A DNA stretch of 64,000 nt from a virus, in IMG/VR virus record IMGVR_UViG_3300027317_000001, positions 1,898 through 65,897 of that record. One strand, written 5' to 3'. The notes under the pieces were generated by a model. It had not been told where the DNA came from and ran no database searches. It saw nothing but the letters and a program-made list of their open reading frames with translations. The stretch's first letter is position 1; each line of letters opens with the position of its first letter. Shown here one piece after another: positions 35,294-44,451 of this stretch. Made by a program: the position numbers and the translations under genes.

Positions 35294-36853
35294 TCACGAC
35301 TTGATTGACAAGCCCCCAATGGCTGAGAGCACATGCTCACGAAGGGTGTCACCTGCAACAATTAGACGATCAGTCCAATCAATTCCAATCCCATCCACCC
35401 CGGCGTCAACGATCCGATTCTTCAAACCAAGCCGCCGATAGGCGCGATCCTCAACCGTGTCCAGGGTGACGAGATCGGCAACACCCACACTGGAAAACGA
35501 CGATGACGCACGAACATGACGCGCGTTGATCTGCCGAGCCTGCCCCGCTGAACGTGCGATGTCGTAGTTGACAATCAGCTGAGCTTGTGGCAGATCAAGC
35601 CCGTATGCCCCCGCATGCGACATGATGAGTACCCGGATACCGGGATCTGTCTGAAATGCGTGAACCGCCGATTGCTGAGCCGCTCGTGACATACCCCCGT
35701 GGTATATGACATGGCCCACCCCCTTTAGGCGGTCCGCAATCCTGGTCAGCATCCCCACATAGCGGGAGACGATGATGATCTTACAACCGTCCTGTGACAA
35801 GTACGGTTGCAAGCGCTCGACGAGAACATCCAGCTTGGGTGTGGCGGTCAAACCGTTCAACCGGCCGGACGCGACGAGCTCGGCTGCGTACTCACTGCCG
35901 CCGGTACCGCGAAGGTACTCCTCAGCCGAGTCATGGAGCAAGCCCGGATGATCCAGGAGCATAAGGGCCGCCTGGTGGATGGACATAGCCCGGCCAACCG
36001 GTAGCTCGTCCTCGTCCACCCGGCCGTACTCCCGCTCCAAGTCCTCCATGATGGAGCGATACACGGCCATAGTGGCGGCATCCAACCGCACATCCCACCG
36101 CACATGGCGTACCGAGGGCATAAAGGGGGCGACATCCGGGTCCGTGGCCCGCTTTCGATAGGACGCCTTGCTCAACTCCTGGTGGAACCAAGACAAATTC
36201 TTATAGCCGATGATCCACCCCCGGCCGTTGCGGATAATATGCCGCTTCTCGAAGACGGGCCAAGGACCAAAGAGATCCGGGTCAACCCATTTCATGATCG
36301 TAAAGGCTTCTTCAAGCCGATTCTCAATGGGTGTACCGGTGAGAGCAATCCGGTAATCCGTGACAATCTTGTGAAGCCCACGGGCACGTTGCGCCTTCGG
36401 ATTCTTCAAACATGTGGCTTCATCAATAATCGTCAAATCACCCAGCTCACGGAACTTACGCCAGCTGGCGGCGGCAATATCGTGGCTGGCGATCACATAA
36501 TTCGGCCGTTTCTCGAACGCCTGCTCGAGAAGCTTCTCCCGGCGTTTCGGAGAACCATCAATAATCAAACACCAATCTTCAGTTGGGATCGCAAACGTCC
36601 GTCCCTCGTGGCTGACCAGCTTAGTTTCAACATCAGTAACGCTGGCAATTGATGCCGCCCATTGCATGATCAGCCCGGCCGGGCAGATGATAACACACGT
36701 TCGAATCCTACCATCACCGAGCAATTGCTCAGCGCACGCAAGCGATGTCGTTGTTTTCCCAAGGCCCATATCCATGTCAATCAGCAAATTGCCCCGGGAA
36801 AGAAACAAATCTAGAGCAGGCGACTGGTATGGATACAGGTCAACGGTCAGCAC
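35294..36853 (-). CDS. SNF2-family helicase
   Basis: MGLGKT, IIDEAT, LTGTPIENRLEE, GAYGLDL. Confidence 0.9.
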   Translation of the reverse strand: MLTVDLYPYQSPALDLFLSRGNLLIDMDMGLGKTTTSLACAEQLLGDGRIRTCVIICPAGLIMQWAASIASVTDVETKLVSHEGRTFAIPTEDWCLIIDGSPKRREKLLEQAFEKRPNYVIASHDIAAASWRKFRELGDLTIIDEATCLKNPKAQRARGLHKIVTDYRIALTGTPIENRLEEAFTIMKWVDPDLFGPWPVFEKRHIIRNGRGWIIGYKNLSWFHQELSKASYRKRATDPDVAPFMPSVRHVRWDVRLDAATMAVYRSIMEDLEREYGRVDEDELPVGRAMSIHQAALMLLDHPGLLHDSAEEYLRGTGGSEYAAELVASGRLNGLTATPKLDVLVERLQPYLSQDGCKIIIVSRYVGMLTRIADRLKGVGHVIYHGGMSRAAQQSAVHAFQTDPGIRVLIMSHAGAYGLDLPQAQLIVNYDIARSAGQARQINARHVRASSSFSSVGVADLVTLDTVEDRAYRRLGLKNRIVDAGVDGIGIDWTDRLIVAGDTLREHVLSAIGGLSIKS

Positions 36854-37842
36854 TTAAACATGATTGCAGATTTTGCGTTCGCAATCCTATTCCGCAACTC
36901 CTCCCGGGATAGATCGCCCGGATCAACCCCACGCCGCAAACCAGCATAAGAAACAATCCGCAAGCGCACCGGACTGCTTCTCAAAGCACTCACCAGCTTG
37001 CGTGTCGCCTTCCACCCTGCCGGGTCGTTATCCATGAACAAGATGGCAATCTCACAATGAATTCTCAGCCAATTGATCTGTGCTTCTGAAACAGCCGATC
37101 CGAACAAAGCACAGGCAGGCCAGCCAACCCCAAAAATGCGCGCCCCTTCCAACGGTGATTCCACAATGACAAGTGGGCCACCGTCGTAAAGATGCGACCC
37201 GAAAATTGCCTGAGAAGTCCTCACCCCGCGCGGATAGTTGTACACAGAGGTGCGGGTTTTCTCCTGCCATCCGACAAGGTTGCCGGTATCTAGATCGTGT
37301 ATAGGCAGTATCCAACCACCGTGGGGGTTCCACCTGATCCCATAGTGCATCGCTTCCTCGCGACGGAGGTCGCGTTGGCGCAACGCCTCTTCCGGTGGTT
37401 CAGTGAAGAGCGCGAGTTTCGCCTCCGATAGGAAGCTTTCGTTCTGCCGCACTCGCCTTGAGCGAGAAACGACGCGCCGTGCCACACCGCCCCCGGGTAG
37501 ACGTTGCACCCACCCCGTGGCGGTCGATCTATCCCAATCGCACACATATTGCACGAGTGAAACAAAATCCCCACCAAACCCGCAGGAAAAACAATGAAAC
37601 AGGCCGGTTTCTGTATTGATGCTGAAAGACGGGTTGTAATCCGGCTTCCCAGTACGCTCCTCGTGAGCCGGGCAGTGGCAGTAAACCTCGTCACCGACGA
37701 CCTTTGCCACATGCAAGCCAAGCTCGCGCACGGCACTCTCAACATCAGCAGGAACAAAAACCTCCCCCTGCTGATCAAAAGGTTGAGACGAAATCGACCT
37801 CACCGAATTCGTCACCGTCTTCAGCAAACGCATCAGAATCAC
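36847..37842 (-). CDS. DNA primase (CHC2 zinc finger plus Toprim)
   Basis: HCPAH..PSFSIN..FHCFSC; VIVES; FMDNDPAG; DPGD; true start probably downstream of 37842. Confidence 0.9.
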   Translation of the reverse strand: MILMRLLKTVTNSVRSISSQPFDQQGEVFVPADVESAVRELGLHVAKVVGDEVYCHCPAHEERTGKPDYNPSFSINTETGLFHCFSCGFGGDFVSLVQYVCDWDRSTATGWVQRLPGGGVARRVVSRSRRVRQNESFLSEAKLALFTEPPEEALRQRDLRREEAMHYGIRWNPHGGWILPIHDLDTGNLVGWQEKTRTSVYNYPRGVRTSQAIFGSHLYDGGPLVIVESPLEGARIFGVGWPACALFGSAVSEAQINWLRIHCEIAILFMDNDPAGWKATRKLVSALRSSPVRLRIVSYAGLRRGVDPGDLSREELRNRIANAKSAIMFKC

Positions 37843-39049
37843 CGAACGGGTCTGTGGTCAATTCGGTAATAGTGCCGTTCTGGAAATCCCGGGACACCCA
37901 GAACTCAAACGGTCCACACGCCCGGCCAGCCAAACGGATAACATGAGTGATATTCGGCTTCACCGTAGGCTCAAGACCGATAAGAAGATCAGCATCCTCG
38001 CCGAAACTGCCACTATAACCGATGCTGCCCAGGCTGAGCTTACCGCCAAACATCTTGCTGATCTTCGACTGAGTTGTGCAAATGATCGGAATCTCTAGCT
38101 TCTTTGTAGCCTGCTTCAGCCCACGGCTGATATTCGTGTACGCCTGCCACGAACCCGGCTTTTCCCCATACTCGTCCTGCATGAAGTAGATGCCGTCAAT
38201 GTAGCAAGCGTTAGGCTCATACTTTTCGATCTTGGCGCAAACCTCGGACACCGTCAGAGTCGGTTCCTGGCTGAGCCAGAAGTTGGGCCGCAACTTCATA
38301 GACCTGGTGGCCTGCTCAAGCTTGTCGAAATCCTGCTTGGTCAGCCGCCCATCACGAAGAGCAGCTAGATCGATGTTCGCGATCAACGCATCAAGCCGCT
38401 CTTCTTGCTCCTCGTTGCTCATCTCAAACCCGATATAGAGCACTTTCCGAGCCGCATACCAGGCGGCAATGGCAGACCACAGCAGGTAAAGGCTTTTACC
38501 GGCCTTCGGCGGTCCGGTGAAGATGATCAACTGGCCCGGCCGGAAACCACCGGTCACCTCATCCAAAGTCCAGAACCCGGTGGGGATGCCGATGAGAGAA
38601 CCATCTCGTTCAGCGAGCTCACGGTACCGTGCCAGTCGTTCCGGACCGGTGACGGTAATGTCAACGTCGTTCCCCTTAGGGATCTCGTAGGTGAGCTTGG
38701 CGAGCGTGGAGTTCAGCACCGTCACGACACTTTCAAGATCCCCCTGGTCAAGGAGGTCGCTCGCCTCATAGACCCCCTGGTTGAGGATCGCTTGTGTGCG
38801 TGCCTGGCGAAGCCTGTCAAGCACGTAGTCGATCGGCGCGGGCTCGACCAGGCGGTAAGTGGGAAACTCGCTTGCAAGGACTTCCTGACTTGGGACGCTC
38901 CGGAAGTCCTTGTAATAGTCGGTAATGAACCGCCAAACGCTACGTCCGACCGGATCGATCAGCCAATCCGGCCGGACGCCAGCGTCAAGAACCTTGACCA
39001 GATCCCCGTTCAGAACAACGTGTGAAATGAGATGACGTGCTAGATCCAC
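37775..39049 (-). CDS. DnaB-like replicative helicase
   Basis: IPTGFWTLD..TGG..PGQL.I..GPPKAGKS, FEMS, IDGIY, LKQ..K.L.IPI. Confidence 0.95.
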   Translation of the reverse strand: MDLARHLISHVVLNGDLVKVLDAGVRPDWLIDPVGRSVWRFITDYYKDFRSVPSQEVLASEFPTYRLVEPAPIDYVLDRLRQARTQAILNQGVYEASDLLDQGDLESVVTVLNSTLAKLTYEIPKGNDVDITVTGPERLARYRELAERDGSLIGIPTGFWTLDEVTGGFRPGQLIIFTGPPKAGKSLYLLWSAIAAWYAARKVLYIGFEMSNEEQEERLDALIANIDLAALRDGRLTKQDFDKLEQATRSMKLRPNFWLSQEPTLTVSEVCAKIEKYEPNACYIDGIYFMQDEYGEKPGSWQAYTNISRGLKQATKKLEIPIICTTQSKISKMFGGKLSLGSIGYSGSFGEDADLLIGLEPTVKPNITHVIRLAGRACGPFEFWVSRDFQNGTITELTTDPFGDSDAFAEDGDEFGEVDFVSTF

Positions 39050-39537
39050 TATTTAAACTCGGCAATAGGTTGGCAGTCGTCTGGGCTGATAAGACGTCCT
39101 AGATGCCCGTAAAGCTGGGCGTATTGTTCATGTGGGTGGTACACCCGAACCACGTTCTTCCGCCCCTTAAGATCATCGGCCAACCCCTTCGGCGTGGTCG
39201 CCTTAACCGCTGTGAAAGGAAAACGTTCCCTAGCCAGAATCTTAGACACCAAGGGGGCGGAGTCAAACGTGGCGACCTCAATCCCCACGTCTCGCGTCAA
39301 ACTCAATGTGGTGCATGCGGCAGCACACTCCGGATTGATACGCCACTTCGGAGCATAGCTGCCTATAAGCTTCCAAGCCCCTTTCGGGTGAAGCCCGATG
39401 AGATCGTCAAACACCACGATTACCGTGGTCGGATGGCTGGGAAGAAATCTAGCTTGCATAGGGAAGGACCCATCCTGCGAGCGAGACCTGGGGAAACGCG
39501 GTCTCAGCGAACTTAGGAAGCGAAGAACTGTACTCAC
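39049..39537 (-). CDS. hypothetical protein
   Basis: operon context, start uncertain. Confidence 0.55.
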   Translation of the reverse strand: MSTVLRFLSSLRPRFPRSRSQDGSFPMQARFLPSHPTTVIVVFDDLIGLHPKGAWKLIGSYAPKWRINPECAAACTTLSLTRDVGIEVATFDSAPLVSKILARERFPFTAVKATTPKGLADDLKGRKNVVRVYHPHEQYAQLYGHLGRLISPDDCQPIAEFK

Positions 39538-40159
39538 CCCACGTGTGAATAGGGTGCTGGCTGATCACCAGGGTTGGGCGATGGGCGTTGTAACGCCGCC
39601 GAAGAAAGGAGATCAACCAGGCGAGCTCCTTGTTGCTCGCTGAGTGTTCTTCCTCACCGAACCCATCCAAGGCGAGAAGACTCACCTGATGCGCCCTAGT
39701 GTAATGCCGTCTATGCCACTCGGTGAGCTCTTCGGCGTTCTTCTTGATAAGTTGTCCAAGTTTGATGAGATTATCCGCTGTTATGTAGCAAATGCTGGCG
39801 TCATAACGCTTGTGAATCTCCATGAGGACAGCACAAGCCAGTGCGGTCTTACCAGCACCCTCGGTACCCACCAGAGCGGCACCGACGCCGATCAGCCTGG
39901 GATTCGCGAGATCAAACCGGCGGCGGGCCGGAAACGTGTCAACGAACGTCTGTGCCCAGCTGATCACCCGGCGAGCGTGAGAATGCTCAGCGGTCAGTCC
40001 CTCAAGGGACCGAATCATCTGATCAAGCGATATTCCCCTATACCAGCTAGGGATTCCCGCATACTCCCAGCGAAGGTTGTAATCAATGCTGTGATCGCGA
40101 ATGTCAATCCTCGTCATCGCCTGATTCTTCATCCGTTTCGTCCAAGCCCCAGTATTCAC
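39449..40159 (-). CDS. DnaC/IstB-like helicase loader ATPase
   Basis: G.EGAGKT, LLALD.FG.E, RRYN..RPT.VIS. Confidence 0.8.
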   Translation of the reverse strand: MNTGAWTKRMKNQAMTRIDIRDHSIDYNLRWEYAGIPSWYRGISLDQMIRSLEGLTAEHSHARRVISWAQTFVDTFPARRRFDLANPRLIGVGAALVGTEGAGKTALACAVLMEIHKRYDASICYITADNLIKLGQLIKKNAEELTEWHRRHYTRAHQVSLLALDGFGEEEHSASNKELAWLISFLRRRYNAHRPTLVISQHPIHTWGEYSSSLPKFAETAFPQVSLAGWVLPYAS

Positions 40160-41144
40160 GGAATGCTTGCGACGTGGGGTCCTGCATGATGGACTGCCGC
40201 TTCATCTCCTGGAGCACTGCCCTCGCCTTTTCGGCAAGCCTGACCCGGCATGACAAGAAGTGCTTCCACGGAGGTACGCCCTGCCGGGCAAGATCGTCTG
40301 GCACAACGTAGAGGTCGATCATTGTCTTGATCAGTTCCGGGGTGATCCGGTCTTCAGGTCTAGCGACCTTCTGGCGCATCCACCGGTTGAAGGTGGTGGC
40401 CAGCGCACCGATGTTCAACGTATCCGGAACCCACGCCAGAGCGTTCAGCCCGGAATCGAACTTCTGGATGTGATCCCGGAAGTAGAGGGCAAGTTCCCGG
40501 CCATTACGTGGTGTAGAGCCCTCAGAAGCTTCCTGAGGCTCGTTCTCGCCTCCCCATAGCTCTTTATCCGGATCTATCACCACGGTGGTCTCTCCGGCCT
40601 TCTGAGCCCTTCCTCCGGGTCTCTTCGAAGAAGGCCTTCCTCTCCTCCGACCGCCGCCCTGCGGCGTGTCGGAAGAAAAGGAAAGTACGTTAGTACTTTC
40701 CTTTTCGAACGCATTAGAACTACTAGTACTTATATAAGTACTAATACTTATATTCGGATCCGGCTTTTCCGGATCCGGAACTTCCGGATCCTGAATCTCC
40801 GGATCCTGAAAATCAGGATCCCGGGTAGTTACTACTTCTCGGGGCTTCCGGGTGGTCCGATCCGCGTCCACCACATACCGGGTACGCTTCAGGTTGCCAT
40901 GCTCGTACATCTCAACCAGATCGATGTACCCGGCATCCGCAAGCTCTCTTAGCGCTTTGTACAAGCTGTCCCGGCCTTCGCGAAACCACTTGCGAAGCTC
41001 CTCAATGTCGCACTGCCACCCATCTGGCCGGGAGCGGAGGAAGCAAAGCACGCCCCAGGCGCGGGCTGAGATCACACCAGGTTCAAGAAGTCCGCTGGGG
41101 ATGATGGTGGGGATATCACGCCTCTGAACAGTTACGACAGACAC
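40104..41144 (-). CDS. replication initiator (HTH) with internal iterons
   Basis: ISARAWGVL.FL.SRPDGW.....L....EGRD....AL.EL...GY; DPxxx x5 linker; directly upstream of the loader and DnaB. Confidence 0.8.
   Translation of the reverse strand: MSVVTVQRRDIPTIIPSGLLEPGVISARAWGVLCFLRSRPDGWQCDIEELRKWFREGRDSLYKALRELADAGYIDLVEMYEHGNLKRTRYVVDADRTTRKPREVVTTRDPDFQDPEIQDPEVPDPEKPDPNISISTYISTSSSNAFEKESTNVLSFSSDTPQGGGRRRGRPSSKRPGGRAQKAGETTVVIDPDKELWGGENEPQEASEGSTPRNGRELALYFRDHIQKFDSGLNALAWVPDTLNIGALATTFNRWMRQKVARPEDRITPELIKTMIDLYVVPDDLARQGVPPWKHFLSCRVRLAEKARAVLQEMKRQSIMQDPTSQAFREYWGLDETDEESGDDED
40680..40822. repeat. five GGATCC-core iterons at a 15-bp period plus an AT-rich AGTACT palindromic tract (lambda-type ori candidate)
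   Basis: GGATCC at 40756, 40771, 40786, 40801, 40816; AGTACTTATATAAGTACT adjacent. Confidence 0.7.
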
Positions 41145-41202
41145 TAAGGCAACCCCAATTGCTCAGATCGCCAAGTACTGATAGGATTCAGCGCTAGTTT
41201 AG

Positions 41203-41392
41203 CGGCACAAGCCCGCGGCCTTCAGGCCGCGGTAAGCCGCACCCTCACCGCTGGGCTAGCGGAGAGGTAAAACGCCTGTGGAGCTGGTGTAAGACCTTAA
41301 GGGCTTAAGCCCGGCGGGCAACCGGCTGTGAAGCAGGAAGATCCAACCCGCAAGGGTTGGAATCCCCCTCGTAAACGAGGGAAGGACGTCAA
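41203..41392 (+). mobile_element. 190-bp non-autonomous IS200/IS605 element (left end plus omega-RNA-like right end)
   Basis: follows TTTAG; left hairpin CCGCGGCCTTCAGGCCGCGG; GTGGAGCTGGTGTAAGACC..GTGAAGCAGGAA..GGAATCCCC..GGACGTCAA. Confidence 0.75.
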
Positions 41393-41536
41393 CTCCCAGG
41401 TCTGCGTGTAGAGCCTTGGACGGCCCCAAGCCCCTGCACCGGTCGTGGACCTGCCCCTGCGGGGCAGGAAGCCACAGAAGTGTCGCATGCGCGGCACAGG
41501 CTGAATCCCCGGCCTGAAGGCCGGGGAGGACGTCAA
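41393..41536 (+). mobile_element. second IS605 right-end / omega-RNA-like segment in tandem
   Basis: ends ATCCCCGGCCTGAAGGCCGGGGAGGACGTCAA; last ~50 nt match the reverse complement of 17241-17291. Confidence 0.7.
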
Positions 41537-41551
41537 AAGTTTGGAGGGCCG

Positions 41552-43546
41552 ATGAGGGATAGACGCCGCTTCAATACCCGCGAGAAGGTCGCGCTCTATC
41601 TCGCCGCTGAAGGCAAGTGCACCAACTGCGGCACAGAACTGGGCCCGGGCTGGCACGCTGACCACGTCATCCCCTACTCGCGCGGCGGCAATACCGACGT
41701 GATCAACGGGCAGGCCCTCTGCCCAACCTGCAATATCAAGAAGGGATCGAGCGTGTCCTACAGCGATACTTTCAAGCCGCGCCGATTCCAGCGCGAAGTC
41801 ATCAAGACGGTCCTCGACGGCATGGCCTCCGGTCGCGACGTCTCGATCGTCCTGGCCTGCCCCGGCTCCGGCAAGACCCTCGCCTACCAGGCCGCGGCCA
41901 CCTACCTCTACCGGGAAGGCCTCATCGACTACGTGGCCGTGTTCGTCCCCCGCGTCATCCTCGCCCGCCAGTGCGAGACCTCATGGATCCACCGGACCGC
42001 GACCGGCTTCGACGGCAACCACACCCTGTTCGACCCGCGCCGCAGGATGGGCCCGATCCGGCATGTCCTCAACAACCCGCCGCTTACCCCACCCGGGCAG
42101 CACGGCGTCGGCTTCGTCACGACCTACTCGGCGCTGGTGTCCAACCCGGTGATCTACGAGGCGTGGGCCAAGCAGCACCAGGGCCGGTTCCTCCTGGTTG
42201 CCGACGAAGCCCAGTTCTGTGGTGCCAGCGACGAACGCAACTCCGGGACCCGGGCCGGGGCGCTCATCGAGACGCTGCACCAGTACGCGGCGCACACACT
42301 GCTGCTGACCGGCACGCCCTACCGGTCCGACGGCAACCCCCTCATCCTCGCCGACTACGACGAACCGAACGCGGACGGCAAGCGCCCCCTCCTTTGCCAC
42401 GCTGAAGCGACCTACTTCGACGGGGTCGCCGACGGGTACCTGCGCCGGTTCGAGGCGACCATGCACGACGCCCGGGTGCGCTGGCGGCAGATCGACAACA
42501 CCGCGATCGAATACGACCTGTCCGCGGACGGGGGAAACCTCGCCGATGTGCTCCGCAAGCCGGACGTGTGGCAGCCGATCGTCGATATGGTCGTGGACGC
42601 GGTCAAGGACAAGCAGAAGATCCACCCCGATTACCGTGGCCTGATTTCCTGCATGGAGCAGAGGGACGCCAAGCAGGTCGCCTCCTACCTCCAGCAGGCA
42701 TACCCCGGGCTGCGTGTTTCTCTGGCCATTTCCGAAGACGGCCCGGAGGCTGAGCGGGCGCTGCGGGACTATCAGGTCAAGGGCGGCGACATCCTTGTCA
42801 CCGTCCGCAAGGCCTTCATCGGCTACGATTGCCCGCAGATCACCGTGGTCGGTATTCTCACCCATTACCGGGACCCCGGCCACCTGATGCAGCTCGTCGG
42901 CCGTGGATTGCGGACCTGGAGCGGGGTCGAGGCCCGCTCGCAGTCGTGCCGGGTCATCGCACCTGATGACCCGCGGATGCAGAAGTTCATCGAGGTCATG
43001 CGCGGCGAGTCTGAGGAAGGCCTTCGCGAGCGGCGTCGCCGTGAACAGGAGGAAGCCTCCCGCGGGCCCGGTGCGCCCTCGCAGGCACCGCTGGGATGGG
43101 TCGAGTCTGCTCATGCCACGACCGCCCGCGTGGTCAGCAACGACATTGAGCTGGACAACGACGAGCGCCTCCTGTACGAGGCGATCAAGCGTGAGATCGG
43201 TGCCGCCGATGATGTGAGCGTGCTGGCCAAGTTCGCTGAGGCGCTCAACCTGCGTCTCAACCGGTCGAAGCCTGAACCGGAGGTCCTACGGGCGGAGCAC
43301 AAGAGCACGCCGCTCACCGAGCAGGAGCAGATCGAGGCCATCAACGCCCGGGTGGCTGAGGTCATCCGCAAGGGGTTGGCCGACCGGGGCATCCTGCCCT
43401 TCGACCCCGGCTATAGCGAGCAGGTCAAGCGCGCCACGTACGCGGTCAACTCGGTCGCGGGGCGCAAGGCTGGTGAGTGCCGCACGGTCGAAGAGGCCGA
43501 GGCCCGGCTGCGTGCGGCGCTGTCGCTGTGGGAGCGGGTTTCGTGA
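41552..43546 (+). CDS. HNH endonuclease fused to an SF2 (DEAD/Res-like) helicase
   Basis: CTNC..HADHVIPYSRGG...NGQALC..CNIKK; GSGKT, DEAQ, LTGTPYRSD, GYD, QLVGRGLR; GGAGG RBS before ATG 41552. Confidence 0.85.
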   Translation: MRDRRRFNTREKVALYLAAEGKCTNCGTELGPGWHADHVIPYSRGGNTDVINGQALCPTCNIKKGSSVSYSDTFKPRRFQREVIKTVLDGMASGRDVSIVLACPGSGKTLAYQAAATYLYREGLIDYVAVFVPRVILARQCETSWIHRTATGFDGNHTLFDPRRRMGPIRHVLNNPPLTPPGQHGVGFVTTYSALVSNPVIYEAWAKQHQGRFLLVADEAQFCGASDERNSGTRAGALIETLHQYAAHTLLLTGTPYRSDGNPLILADYDEPNADGKRPLLCHAEATYFDGVADGYLRRFEATMHDARVRWRQIDNTAIEYDLSADGGNLADVLRKPDVWQPIVDMVVDAVKDKQKIHPDYRGLISCMEQRDAKQVASYLQQAYPGLRVSLAISEDGPEAERALRDYQVKGGDILVTVRKAFIGYDCPQITVVGILTHYRDPGHLMQLVGRGLRTWSGVEARSQSCRVIAPDDPRMQKFIEVMRGESEEGLRERRRREQEEASRGPGAPSQAPLGWVESAHATTARVVSNDIELDNDERLLYEAIKREIGAADDVSVLAKFAEALNLRLNRSKPEPEVLRAEHKSTPLTEQEQIEAINARVAEVIRKGLADRGILPFDPGYSEQVKRATYAVNSVAGRKAGECRTVEEAEARLRAALSLWERVS

Positions 43547-44214
43547 TGGCCCGCGAGGTTTCGTTCCCGCACCTGTCGGAGGAGCAGATGCGGGTCATCC
43601 GGGCGGGGGAGGCGTTGCACCGTGATGGTGCCTCCCCGGCCGGGGCGCTTGAGCTGCTGGCCGCGATCGTTGAGGACCGCACCTGGGAGCGCCTGGCGGA
43701 TGCTAAGGGCCGCTCGTTCAAGGGCCGGTTTCGTGACTTCGTCGAGGCCCGGTCGCCGTACGGGCTTGGTTACGATCCGGACCAGCTCCCGAAGGTGCTT
43801 CAGCTTCGGCATCCGCACGAGTCGGTGCCGAAGATCGCCTACCGCATGGCTGCCATGCGCGAGCAGGTGAAGCGGCTGCTGCTCGAGGAGATCCCGGAGT
43901 CGCAGAGCCACGGTGGCGATCGGAGATCCAACGAAGTTCAAGTTCGTGTCACGAACTTGAAGGCTCAGACGGACACCGCCGAGTACATCGTCGCCCGGTT
44001 GAAGCGGGACGCGCCCGAGCTCGCCGAGAAGGTGATCCGTGGCGAGCTCACCCCCAACGCCGCCGCCCGGCAAATGGGTTGGCGAAAACCCCGCATCGTC
44101 GTCTCTACCCCAGAAGCCGTCGCCAAAGCCCTCCGCAAGCACATGACCCCCGACGAGATCCAGGTCCTCGTGCGCCTGCTCTCACAAACAGACAGCAAGG
44201 AGGCGCGTATCTGA
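43546..44214 (+). CDS. helicase-associated hypothetical protein (ParB/KorB-like C-terminus)
   Basis: TGATG coupling; RLKRDAPELAEKV..GELTPNAAA..MG pattern. Confidence 0.6.
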   Translation: MAREVSFPHLSEEQMRVIRAGEALHRDGASPAGALELLAAIVEDRTWERLADAKGRSFKGRFRDFVEARSPYGLGYDPDQLPKVLQLRHPHESVPKIAYRMAAMREQVKRLLLEEIPESQSHGGDRRSNEVQVRVTNLKAQTDTAEYIVARLKRDAPELAEKVIRGELTPNAAARQMGWRKPRIVVSTPEAVAKALRKHMTPDEIQVLVRLLSQTDSKEARI

Positions 44215-44295
44215 TGGGCTGGGCACGCATCGACGACGGTTTCGACGACCACCCGAAGGTGCTCGCGCTGCTCGACATGGAGGACGGCGCATTGT
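44214..44295 (+). pseudogene. 5' stub resembling an actinobacterial prophage replication protein
   Basis: AAGGAGG RBS, MGWARIDDGFDDHPKVLALL; coding-like composition ends after about 26 codons. Confidence 0.55.
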
Positions 44296-44410
44296 GGTTG
44301 TGCCGCCGCCCCCCCGCAGGTGCGCGGTAGTTTGGCGGCGCAAGCCCCGGTCTTCCGGGGAGCACGTTAATTCCTTCCCGCCTAAAGGCAGTGGCACCAA
44401 TACACCTCCA

Positions 44411-44451
44411 TCTAGCCCCCGGCCTCCTGGCAGGCCGGGGGCTAGCTTTTT
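44411..44451. terminator. hairpin terminator at a convergent junction
   Basis: CTAGCCCCCGGCCT/AGGCCGGGGGCTAG plus T run. Confidence 0.75.

Noticed and set aside
28451-39049. Inteins or introns in nrdJ, polA or dnaB
   Set aside because: Lengths and motif spacing are normal, with no C/S...HN-C/S/T junctions or frame breaks seen.
41393-41412. Omega-RNA guide targeting 51278-51290
   Set aside because: Only a 10-nt match (CTCCCAGGTC) with no TTAG-like TAM; expected by chance.
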